Notes under the pieces: model-generated | The model's input: the letters and a program-made list of their open reading frames with translations, nothing else | Database searches by the model: none | Told to the model about the DNA's origin: nothing | IMG/VR virus record: IMGVR_UViG_3300047157_000031 | DNA: 64,000 nucleotides | DNA from: an uncultured virus (IMG/VR IMGVR_UViG_3300047157_000031) | Taxonomy: Duplodnaviria > Heunggongvirae > Uroviricota > Caudoviricetes | Strand: one strand, 5' to 3' | In this document: positions 10,168-18,767 of the stretch, one piece after another | Layout: each line of letters begins with the position of its first letter | Numbering within the stretch: position 1 is the stretch's first letter | Made by a program: the position numbers and the translations under genes

Positions 10168-12376
10168 AAGTGTTTGGCAACAATTACTTGAACTCTCTGC
10201 AGCACTTACAGTTAGTATCAGCTTACTCTTACTCTCTTTAAACTTAACAGCTACATATATTTACGAAGGTAATCAAGGTCTTATAGACTTAACAGGTGTA
10301 AGTGGTACGACATCACTAGCAGCAGGAGATGACCAAGTCTCTAATGCGTTCAACCTTGGCTTTACGTTTGACTATTATGGTCAATCATTTACACAAGCTA
10401 GAGTAGCCACGAATGGTTGCTTACACTTTAAAACATCAGGTGCATATTGTAATGACTACACACCTGACCCTTTAACAGGACAACACACATACACCTTATA
10501 TCCTCTATGGACAGACTTAATTAGGGATAACGGGTCTAGTGTATTAGCTAAAAGCTTTACAGATAAAACAGTCTTTGGTTGGTATAACTTAAGAGAGTTT
10601 AACAGGAGTGGTTCGGACAATAGCTTTGAAGTTATACTCTGGACCAATGACACATTTGAATTTAGATATGGTGGTTTAGATGTTATTAATCATGATGTAC
10701 TTATAGGTGAGATAGGTTCTTCTTCAGAAGTATACCAGTACCTTTTTCATGATGAATGTAATACAGGTACAACCAATGTTGCAGGTACATGTGTTAATAC
10801 AAATTGGAATGACACGTCTAGTAATACAGCACTAGAAAATGGAGGTTCTTTATATGGAGTAGGGTCGGGAAATGCTACAGATTGTAGTGACCCTTTAAAT
10901 GATACGAGTTGTTCAGGCTATGCAGCAGCTTATCTTACACAACAATGTGGTTTAGATTCTTTGCATGATATGGCATGTCCTAATTATTGGGAAGCTTACG
11001 ATGACCAACAATGTCAAGAAGACCCTCAGTATGCTCCGTTCTGTGCGGGATATACACAAGAAGCATCAGTAGCTTTCTTTGATGATAGTAATGTAGATTA
11101 TGGATATGAAGAAGAACATCATCAGGATGGAGGAGGTTATGAAGAAGACCCTTACTTAGGGTTAGAACTCACAGATGAAGAGTGGTATGCAATAGACGTT
11201 GAAGAGTTTGGACAAGAACAAGTAGACGAATGGTTTGGTGACGATTTACAGTTTAACGAAGATGGAATGGTTGACTGGGATTCTACACCACACGAAGACT
11301 ACATAGACATAGAACCTTTAATGGATGTGTGGGAGATAGAACAAGAACATCATGAAGTTGTTACATATGACGTGCTTCCTATTGATGAAGTTTTGTTTAT
11401 AAATGAATTAATAATAATAGAGGAAATCGAAAATGAAATTGTACATGAAGAAATGGAAAGAGAAAGCTTTGAAACAATGGAAGAACTTGACGAGTGGTTT
11501 GAAGAAGAAGTGGGTGAAGTTGAAGAAAGACTTGAAGAAAGACTCGCAGAAACTAACGAAGAAGTTACAGAAGAAATACAAGACAACTTTCGTGAAGAAG
11601 AAGTCCACGAAGAAAGGGAAGTAGTTGAAGAACTATTTGCAGAAGAAGACGAGAGTAAACCTGAAGATGAACGTAGAAGTTCTGTTCGTCTCTCTGCTTT
11701 GGACGTTGTAGCAGGTACAATTAGGACAGCTTCTAACAGCGTTAGTAGTGCTACCTATACCAGTAGTAGTTCAAATAGCTTAAGTTCCTCTACGGGCACG
11801 TATGGAGCTTCTAGCGGTACTTCTAGTGGTGGGGTAAGTACCAGTAATTCTCCTAGTATATCAGACCAAATAGCCTCATCTAACGTACAGACTAACCAAG
11901 TCTTATCAATGAGTGCAGGAGGAGAGTCTTCTGTTGGAGGTTCAACATCATTTAGTATTACACCGATGCCAACACTAGACGAGTCTCCACAAGTTATGAT
12001 GGCTGATGTACAGGTACAAGACATGCAAGGTGAGATTGACACAGCAGTCTCAGGAGTTATGACAGCCTCTGAAGCCGACCAAGTAGCCGACCAAATAATA
12101 GCAAACAACATTAAAGAACAACAAGACGAGGCTGAAGAACAACAAGAAGAGACAGGACAGTACGCAGATAGTACAACTCTTGTTGCTTACTTAGGATATG
12201 TTGCAGGCTTTGATAGTTACAAAGATGCACAGATACCACAACAAGATACGTGGTACGAGCCTAGAGCAATCTATGCCGGTGCAATCTTAGATGATAACAC
12301 ACAAGCTTTTTATGGATTAGCAGGTGCTAGTCTAGAAACATTAGGTGATATGATAAACATGCAACCTAATTTATAA
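10154..12376 (+). CDS. Large secreted or membrane-anchored acidic protein with a nidogen(NIDO)-like N-terminal domain and Cys repeats
   Basis: Hydrophobic N-terminal segment; LGFTFDYYGQSF..ATNG, PLWTDL, FEVIL..FEFRYG; repeated C..D/DP..C.GY; Glu-rich then Ser-rich linkers; start codon uncertain (10145 or 10154). Confidence 0.65.
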   Translation: MPQTKSVWQQLLELSAALTVSISLLLLSLNLTATYIYEGNQGLIDLTGVSGTTSLAAGDDQVSNAFNLGFTFDYYGQSFTQARVATNGCLHFKTSGAYCNDYTPDPLTGQHTYTLYPLWTDLIRDNGSSVLAKSFTDKTVFGWYNLREFNRSGSDNSFEVILWTNDTFEFRYGGLDVINHDVLIGEIGSSSEVYQYLFHDECNTGTTNVAGTCVNTNWNDTSSNTALENGGSLYGVGSGNATDCSDPLNDTSCSGYAAAYLTQQCGLDSLHDMACPNYWEAYDDQQCQEDPQYAPFCAGYTQEASVAFFDDSNVDYGYEEEHHQDGGGYEEDPYLGLELTDEEWYAIDVEEFGQEQVDEWFGDDLQFNEDGMVDWDSTPHEDYIDIEPLMDVWEIEQEHHEVVTYDVLPIDEVLFINELIIIEEIENEIVHEEMERESFETMEELDEWFEEEVGEVEERLEERLAETNEEVTEEIQDNFREEEVHEEREVVEELFAEEDESKPEDERRSSVRLSALDVVAGTIRTASNSVSSATYTSSSSNSLSSSTGTYGASSGTSSGGVSTSNSPSISDQIASSNVQTNQVLSMSAGGESSVGGSTSFSITPMPTLDESPQVMMADVQVQDMQGEIDTAVSGVMTASEADQVADQIIANNIKEQQDEAEEQQEETGQYADSTTLVAYLGYVAGFDSYKDAQIPQQDTWYEPRAIYAGAILDDNTQAFYGLAGASLETLGDMINMQPNL

Positions 12377-12387
12377 CGGAGAAAAAT

Positions 12388-12756
12388 ATGGAATGGTTTG
12401 AAAATAAAACTACACAGCTAATTGCTTTAGTAGGAATTGTAGGTACGCTTGCAGGTTTTGGATACACAGGTGCAGAGTATGTCAATAGGTTAGAGAATCT
12501 TGAAGCTGCAATAGGCGGGATAGATGATACCGAAGATGCTCAGAAAATTATTGAAGAAAGATTTGTAGCTATAGAAACTTCTGTTGAATATATTAACAAG
12601 AGTATTGACGAAGGCATAAGCCCATCTTTAAAAGTCATATCAGAAACTTCTAATGGTATGGGTAAAGATGTTGTAGCTTTACAAAAAGAAATAGAGTACC
12701 TACAAAACGAAGTAGATACTCTTAAGTCCGAGAACAAAAATCCTTTATCTAATTAA
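12388..12756 (+). CDS. Membrane-anchored coiled-coil protein; last gene of the plus arm
   Basis: N-terminal TM LIALVGIVGTLAGFGY followed by a heptad-rich region; copy at 63884. Confidence 0.7.
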   Translation: MEWFENKTTQLIALVGIVGTLAGFGYTGAEYVNRLENLEAAIGGIDDTEDAQKIIEERFVAIETSVEYINKSIDEGISPSLKVISETSNGMGKDVVALQKEIEYLQNEVDTLKSENKNPLSN

Positions 12757-12984
12757 TTTCAATCTTAGCATTAAGGGCATCCAGTTCTGACTCCAGTTCA
12801 TTGTGGATGTTTAATATTTTTTGTCGTGCCTCTCTAATTACAGTTTCTATTATTTTTAGGTCTGTAACCTTTAAAAACTTTGTTAGCTTCTTCTAAAGGT
12901 AGTCCACTAGTTTCTGTAACTAATCTACCCTTAGCTATCGAAAAGTACATGGAAGGATAATATGTTCGCTTCCGTTGCTTTCAT
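12749..12984 (-). CDS. Small hypothetical protein (frameshifted); last gene of the minus arm
   Basis: MKATEANILSFHVLFDS...ELESELDALNAKIEIN* read across apparent indels; its end overlaps the end of the convergent gene. Confidence 0.45.
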
Positions 12985-12985
12985 T

Positions 12986-13954
12986 TTATATCTCCGTAAA
13001 TGTTACTTTGTCTTGCTTACCTCTTAGTCCTGCCTTCATATAAGCTGTTGCTCTACCTTCAAAGAAGTTCTGATGTTCAACACCTAGTACTTCATCAAGC
13101 CAAGGTAAGGGGTTCTCTCTCTGATCAAAGTTAGTTTTTAATCCAAGTTGTAATAGTCTCCTGTCTGCAATGTATCTGTTATAAGCATACATATCTTTCT
13201 TTGTAAGTCCTTTCATATCACCTAGTTCAAACACTAAGTCAAGAAACTTATCTTCCAACTCTACCATCTCTCTACATATTTCATACAGTTCTTTCTTGAA
13301 CTCGTCTGTCCATATGTCTAGGTTCTCCTGTATAAATTCACGAAACAATTTAGTCATAGCCTCAACGTGTAATGATTCATCACGTATAGAGTATGTAACT
13401 ATCTGCCCCATGCCTTTCATCTTTCCAAATCTAGGAAAGTTTAACAGGATTGCAAAGCTACTAAAGAGTTGTAAGCCTTCTGTAAATCCTGAATAGACTG
13501 CAAGTGTTCTTGCGATAGCCCGCTTATCTCTTCTAGTAGGTTTAAAGTCTTTAATATAATCATGCTTGTTTGCCATCTCTTCATACTCTGAGAAGGCTTT
13601 GTATTCTATGTCCGGCATACCAACAGTATCTAAAAGTAAACTGTAAGCATGCTGATGTATTGATTCCATGTTTGCAAAAGAACACATCATCATTCTTGCT
13701 TCAGGCTTTCTAAAGATACGCATGTACTTATCTATATATCCTGAACCAACATCAACATCAGACTGCGTAAACAATCTAAAGATTTGTGTAAGTAAATTCT
13801 TTTCTTCTTCGGTTAGTTCTTGCCAATCCTTGACATCTGTATGTAAGGGTACAGACTCAGGCAACCAATGCATTTGATTCTGCTCCACATATTTTTCAAA
13901 CATCCAAGGATGATCAAAGGGTTTATAATATTCTCTGTTACTTAATAGGCTCAT
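12986..13954 (-). CDS. nrdB: Ribonucleotide reductase class Ia beta subunit
   Basis: HWLPE, ESIHQHAYS, EGLQLFSSF, RDESLH, NFFEGRATAY motifs. Confidence 0.95.
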   Translation of the reverse strand: MSLLSNREYYKPFDHPWMFEKYVEQNQMHWLPESVPLHTDVKDWQELTEEEKNLLTQIFRLFTQSDVDVGSGYIDKYMRIFRKPEARMMMCSFANMESIHQHAYSLLLDTVGMPDIEYKAFSEYEEMANKHDYIKDFKPTRRDKRAIARTLAVYSGFTEGLQLFSSFAILLNFPRFGKMKGMGQIVTYSIRDESLHVEAMTKLFREFIQENLDIWTDEFKKELYEICREMVELEDKFLDLVFELGDMKGLTKKDMYAYNRYIADRRLLQLGLKTNFDQRENPLPWLDEVLGVEHQNFFEGRATAYMKAGLRGKQDKVTFTEI

Positions 13955-14110
13955 TTCTTTTCTCCACGTGTTCCGCATACTTTTTAAGTAAGGAACTGTT
14001 ATATTGTTTTATATATTCTTCTTTGCTTAAGGTTGTTGAACCAAAAGAAGAAGTCTCATCACAGTAGTCTAACCATTGCCGACTACAAAAACTATAAAAG
14101 GTATCTGACA

Positions 14111-14332
14111 TTAAAACTCCTTAAGAAGCAAGTCTAACTTCTCTTGAGCAGTTGCCATCTTGTCTAGTAATACATCCATTGATTCAATAATATGTGGATG
14201 CTCTGCAACTCCTACACTTAATTGAAAATATGTATCGAGTTCTGTCTTAGCAATAGCTACTTCAGCTTCATACTTCTTTTTAAGTGCATCAAATCTTCCC
14301 TCATACATTGTATCAAATTTATCTTCTGTCAT
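14111..14332 (-). CDS. Hypothetical protein
   Basis: ORF in operon context with a VGVAEHP motif. Confidence 0.6.
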   Translation of the reverse strand: MTEDKFDTMYEGRFDALKKKYEAEVAIAKTELDTYFQLSVGVAEHPHIIESMDVLLDKMATAQEKLDLLLKEF

Positions 14333-14335
14333 ATT

Positions 14336-16231
14336 TTATCCTTCACAACTTAAACATTCTACATCTTCAAGCTTAACTCTTTGTACTTTAACATTCACGT
14401 TCTCAGCATTACGAGCAGCATCTGATCTAAAATAATATAATGATTTTAATTTATTCATAGCATACCAATGGACATCATTGACATACTGTAAGTATTCATC
14501 ATGAACTGCTTGAGACTCAGTAGCTTTAGGCATAGTGAAAAATAAATTTACACTTTGACTTTGACATACATAAGCTTGTCGCATGTGTGCATGTTCAACT
14601 AAATAGATTTGATTAATCTCAGTAGCTGTTTTAAATACTTCTTTCTCTTCATCTGATAAGACTTCTATACCTTGAGCTGAACCATTGGCTATAGTCATAT
14701 CTTTCCAAAGCTTTTCTCTTTCTTCTACACTTAATCCTTTCTTCTTTAGAAGTCGTTCCAAGTATTGATTCCGAACTTGGTAAGAACCCGATAAAGTTTT
14801 GTGCGTAAATACGTTAGCACGATATGGTTCAATGCTAGGGGAAGTGCCACCACATATAATGCTACTACTGGCATTAGGAGCAATAGCCATAAGATGAGCG
14901 TTACGCTTACTGCTACCATGTATATCAGGAGCTTCACCACGTTCTTTGGCAAGTCTTTCAGTAGCCTCCACAGATCGCTCTTTGATATGGGCGAACGCAA
15001 CATTATTGATGCTTGTAGATCGTAAACCATTGAAAGGTAGTCCTTGACTTTGGAGTAAAGCATGAAAGCCCATCGCTCCAAGACCCACCGACCTTTCTCT
15101 ATACGCTGAATAAGCAGCTTTAAGTAGTCCTTCTTTTTCTTCTCTAACATATTTTTTAAACCTCTCAAAATTTGCACTATAGCCACCAAGTTTACTCGTG
15201 TCTATAATGGCTTCAATAAAATGTTCTAATACATTGTCAAGCATTGTAATTAGATCATCAATAAACTGGTCATTCTTCTTCCACTTATCAAAGTGTTCTA
15301 AGTTGACCGAAGATAAACAACATACTGCGGTTCTCTCTTCATTAGTAGCTAGAACTATTTCAGAACATAGGTTGCTTTGATTTACTTTTAAACCTAAAGC
15401 TTTCTGTTCTTTAGGTAAGTGTTCATTACAGGTGTCTATGTTGACCATGTAAGGTTCACCTGTCTCTGCCCTAGCATTTAACATCTGCCACCACAAGTCT
15501 CTAGCACTTATAATCTTAACAGCTTCACCGCTCTTCGGATCAATTAACCTCCAGTCTTCATCACCTTTAACTGCATCTAAAAATTCATTCGTAATATTAA
15601 TTCCATTATGTATATTTAAACACTTTCTATTTATATCACCGCCCGATTCTTTACGCATGTTAATAAACTCTTCGACTTCAGGATGTGATATATCCATGTA
15701 AGCAGCGTATGAACCTCGTCTAGTTACACCCTGATTAAAGGCAAGCATCTGAGAATCTACGACATGCATGAATGGGATTGAACCAGTAGAACGACTATGG
15801 TTAGAAGTACCAATACCATTGCTCCTAACATCTCCCCAATATCCACCGATGCCTCCACCTGAACTTGCGAGCCAAATGTTCTCATCATAGTGATCAGATA
15901 ACCCACGCCTACTATCAGGTACGTAGTTGAGAAAGCAGCTAATAGGTAAGCCACGAGTCGTTCCCCCGTTAGAAAGTATAGGAGTACTAAACATAAACCA
16001 TAGATCGGAACTGTACTCATAAAGTCTCTGTGCAAGATCAAAATCAGTTTCTCCTTTATACGTTGCACCAAAGACTGATGCTCTTGCGAATGCTTCTTGT
16101 GCATGTGTTTCTTCCTCCCAAAAATATCTATCCTTTAATGTATCTAAACTAAACTTGTCTAGTTTCTTTTCCTTGTCATAGTCTATAACTATTCCTAAGT
16201 AAGGCTTCTTGCCTATCTTGTCTTCGACCAT
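14336..16231 (-). CDS. nrdA: Ribonucleotide reductase class Ia alpha subunit
   Basis: STPILSN, PISCFL, SNLCSEI, AIAPNASSS, LKSLYY and C-terminal CLSCEG. Confidence 0.95.
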   Translation of the reverse strand: MVEDKIGKKPYLGIVIDYDKEKKLDKFSLDTLKDRYFWEEETHAQEAFARASVFGATYKGETDFDLAQRLYEYSSDLWFMFSTPILSNGGTTRGLPISCFLNYVPDSRRGLSDHYDENIWLASSGGGIGGYWGDVRSNGIGTSNHSRSTGSIPFMHVVDSQMLAFNQGVTRRGSYAAYMDISHPEVEEFINMRKESGGDINRKCLNIHNGINITNEFLDAVKGDEDWRLIDPKSGEAVKIISARDLWWQMLNARAETGEPYMVNIDTCNEHLPKEQKALGLKVNQSNLCSEIVLATNEERTAVCCLSSVNLEHFDKWKKNDQFIDDLITMLDNVLEHFIEAIIDTSKLGGYSANFERFKKYVREEKEGLLKAAYSAYRERSVGLGAMGFHALLQSQGLPFNGLRSTSINNVAFAHIKERSVEATERLAKERGEAPDIHGSSKRNAHLMAIAPNASSSIICGGTSPSIEPYRANVFTHKTLSGSYQVRNQYLERLLKKKGLSVEEREKLWKDMTIANGSAQGIEVLSDEEKEVFKTATEINQIYLVEHAHMRQAYVCQSQSVNLFFTMPKATESQAVHDEYLQYVNDVHWYAMNKLKSLYYFRSDAARNAENVNVKVQRVKLEDVECLSCEG

Positions 16232-16497
16232 TAGTCTTTCTCCTTGTCATTCAAATGTAATGCAATCAATGCGTAGTGTATAATTTTAAGTAGGTCTGCA
16301 TCAGACTTACCATTCTTCTTACCATACCGCATAGCATACTTCATGATGTTACCTATACAGAAACCTTCACCATGTCCTGCATCAATAATCATATCGGTTG
16401 CTTGATACTTAGAGTGAGCATAGTGTTGTGTATAGGTGCTATCAATATATTGTTTAACACCATTTAAGTTTATGTTCTCATCAAATTTATATTCCAT
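16231..16497 (-). CDS. DUF3310-like protein (related to T7 gp1.7 nucleotide kinase)
   Basis: HY...GFCIGNIMKYAMRYGKK...DLLKIIHY. Confidence 0.7.
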   Translation of the reverse strand: MEYKFDENINLNGVKQYIDSTYTQHYAHSKYQATDMIIDAGHGEGFCIGNIMKYAMRYGKKNGKSDADLLKIIHYALIALHLNDKEKD

Positions 16498-16930
16498 ATT
16501 CTGTTATCCATTCTTTAGGTAAATTATATTCTGAGTACCACGTAAAGTCATTAGCCTCTGCCCATTCTGCATGACTTCGTTTAGTACCATCCTTTCTTTT
16601 CTTTGCTGCAGGCATCGCTGCTTGTGGTTGTGAAAATATAAAGATAAGTTCTTGATCTTTATTTAAACTTTTTCTTATCCAAATATATTTACTGTACTCT
16701 GCATGATCCCAAAACCTTCCTTTAGCCTCAAGTAAATACTCAACCCCTTCTATTGTCCTGCGAAAGTCAGGCTCGTAGGTATGATCAACTGTATATTTAA
16801 TTTTATCTCCATGATGCGACCACTCTTGTAAAGGTTCAACGTGTAATTTATATTCCCAGTTAGAATCATATCCTTTAGGAACATCCTTCTCGACAGGTCT
16901 AGCCTTTCTAGGCTTTCTATATCCTCTCAT
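16487..16930 (-). CDS. Endonuclease I-like Holliday-junction resolvase (T7 gp3-like)
   Basis: YDSNWE, YEPDF, LLEAKGRF, HAEWAE motifs. Confidence 0.8.
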   Translation of the reverse strand: MRGYRKPRKARPVEKDVPKGYDSNWEYKLHVEPLQEWSHHGDKIKYTVDHTYEPDFRRTIEGVEYLLEAKGRFWDHAEYSKYIWIRKSLNKDQELIFIFSQPQAAMPAAKKRKDGTKRSHAEWAEANDFTWYSEYNLPKEWITEYGI

Positions 16931-17089
16931 TAATGTATACTCACATCTTCGGGTATACCATCTAAACGATTGTCTATAAGTTCTGCCATCCTATCTAAAA
17001 CAAAATGATCAACCTCTTCTAATGATCCTCCTGCATACAGAAAGCTACCCAATACAATTATTATTGTAGCTAAATCTTCTTTCATTAGA

Positions 17090-17371
17090 TCATTCTCTTC
17101 CATCTCTGAGTAGTTCTTCAAATCTAATTGATTCGACATCCTTGTTCTCCTTTTTATTTATCTGTTTAATCTTCTTTGCAAACCATTTAAAACTATATGC
17201 TGACAATAAAAACTTTCTATTTGCAAACACATGTCCTTCTTTAGGTAAGTAATCTTTAAAGTTCTTTTCATTTATAGACTTAGCTTCTTCAGGAGTAACC
17301 ATACTTTTTAACCAATCAAGTAACATAAATTTAGCATGTTGTCTTATTTGTTTTGCTTTCTTACCATTCAT
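17090..17371 (-). CDS. Hypothetical protein
   Basis: Coupled ORF starting MNGKKAKQIR. Confidence 0.55.
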   Translation of the reverse strand: MNGKKAKQIRQHAKFMLLDWLKSMVTPEEAKSINEKNFKDYLPKEGHVFANRKFLLSAYSFKWFAKKIKQINKKENKDVESIRFEELLRDGRE

Positions 17372-18231
17372 TTTCTAGTTATCTCCTGAACATTAGGTTC
17401 TTTTACTACCTTCGTTAAGTACATCAAGCCTTTCGAATATTTAAATACTCTTAAACCTTCACCATCATTAGCATCTTTGTGACATTCATTCTTATGTCTA
17501 CAATAAGTACAACCCCTAGGAAGTTTCATGTTTCCTGCTTTACCTTCAGGTATAGTAGTATAGCATAATTCAGGCGGGTTGTCAAGCTTCAATGCTTTCT
17601 TTACCTCTCTTATTCTATTCTTTGCATTAGGTTTATCAAAGAAACTAGGTCTATGTAAAGTTAATTCACCGCTCTCCTTATTCATTACAAGGAAACCACC
17701 TGCCTTTGTCTTCTCTGCTTCTTCGTATCCTGATAGCTGTGCTAAGTATCCGAAAGGATCATCGTCTGCTAACGTACCATTTGCAAACTTCCTGAATGCA
17801 AAACTAGATGCGGTCTTTATATCTACAACCTCACCATCAATCTTACAATCCATATGACCATGAACATTACTAACCTTAACTTGTTTCTGTTCATCAGAAA
17901 CTTTATGACCTGAAAGTTTTACCAAGAACAACATGACCTCTTCTAAGATATGACCATACAAAAATCTTATAAAGAGATGAGGATCAAGCTTCTGTGTTTC
18001 CTCCCCTTCTGACTTCATGTCATACCAAAGCTGCCTTAAAGGTTTACCTATGTTAGACATCCTAAGAGTTTCTTTATCTCTTGACTTAGGTGTAGCCCAA
18101 TGACGTAGTGCTTCTTTCATAGCGTTACCAAACTCGTCTAGTACTTCTTCACTTACATCAAGAGCCTCACCCTCGCCTAGTACAGCTAAGGTACTGTATA
18201 TATCTTCAACTAATGTATCTAATTTTTTCAT
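17368..18231 (-). CDS. PD-(D/E)XK Cas4-like exonuclease
   Basis: LRMSNIG, GHMDCKIDGEVVDIKTAS, YLAQLSGY, C-terminal CTYCRHKNEC. Confidence 0.8.
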   Translation of the reverse strand: MKKLDTLVEDIYSTLAVLGEGEALDVSEEVLDEFGNAMKEALRHWATPKSRDKETLRMSNIGKPLRQLWYDMKSEGEETQKLDPHLFIRFLYGHILEEVMLFLVKLSGHKVSDEQKQVKVSNVHGHMDCKIDGEVVDIKTASSFAFRKFANGTLADDDPFGYLAQLSGYEEAEKTKAGGFLVMNKESGELTLHRPSFFDKPNAKNRIREVKKALKLDNPPELCYTTIPEGKAGNMKLPRGCTYCRHKNECHKDANDGEGLRVFKYSKGLMYLTKVVKEPNVQEITRK

Positions 18232-18767
18232 AATGATTCTATTATTTGTTGTGCTTTATCCTGTGTAATTTTAAACCACTCACCCTTTCTTTCTTCTGCA
18301 GATTTTTTTAATAACGAATGTGCTTTAGCTTCTGCTTCTTTTCTATCATCAAAGAATTTACTATAACATAATTTGTAATCTCTAAAGGGACTACTTGTTT
18401 GATATTGTTTACATCTATCTTCAGCATCTATAGCCATACCTACCTTTACCCAATTACTCCAACAAGGATTAGTTATAATGTATACATAACCCTCATCTGT
18501 TTTTTCATATCCTTTTAAAGAAGCAAAGGCTGCACCTTCAAAAGTTTTAAATCTGCCTGCTTTATATAAAGGATGAGACTTAGGTACATACTTACCATTA
18601 ACATACATTCTTTGTGGATTATGTTTAGGGTTTGTTTTTTTATTTTGTTGTGTTCTACATACTTTGCAGACAACATCCAACCCATCTATTTTTGATTTGT
18701 CATTATACCAATCTTCCACAGATTTGTTTGTGTTACATAAAGTACAAAACTTACTAATGTGTTTCAC
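18228..18767 (-). CDS. GIY-YIG (T5orf172-type) endonuclease with an N-terminal Zn ribbon; possible free-standing homing endonuclease
   Basis: CTLC...CKVC; GYVYII..WVKVGMA..RCKQYQTSSPFRDY...GEWF. Confidence 0.75.
   Translation of the reverse strand: MKHISKFCTLCNTNKSVEDWYNDKSKIDGLDVVCKVCRTQQNKKTNPKHNPQRMYVNGKYVPKSHPLYKAGRFKTFEGAAFASLKGYEKTDEGYVYIITNPCWSNWVKVGMAIDAEDRCKQYQTSSPFRDYKLCYSKFFDDRKEAEAKAHSLLKKSAEERKGEWFKITQDKAQQIIESL

Larger units (their letters stand above)
8312..12504 (+). repeat. Long direct repeat, copy 1 (partner 59808-64000)
   Basis: Constant offset of 51,496 bp at every gene start; near-identical from ~8760 on with mostly synonymous differences; clearly more divergent within the holin. 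Confidence 0.97.

Noticed and set aside
12740..12790. Bidirectional terminator at the point where the two arms converge
   Set aside because: No GC-rich hairpin is present; the ends of the convergent ORFs simply overlap.
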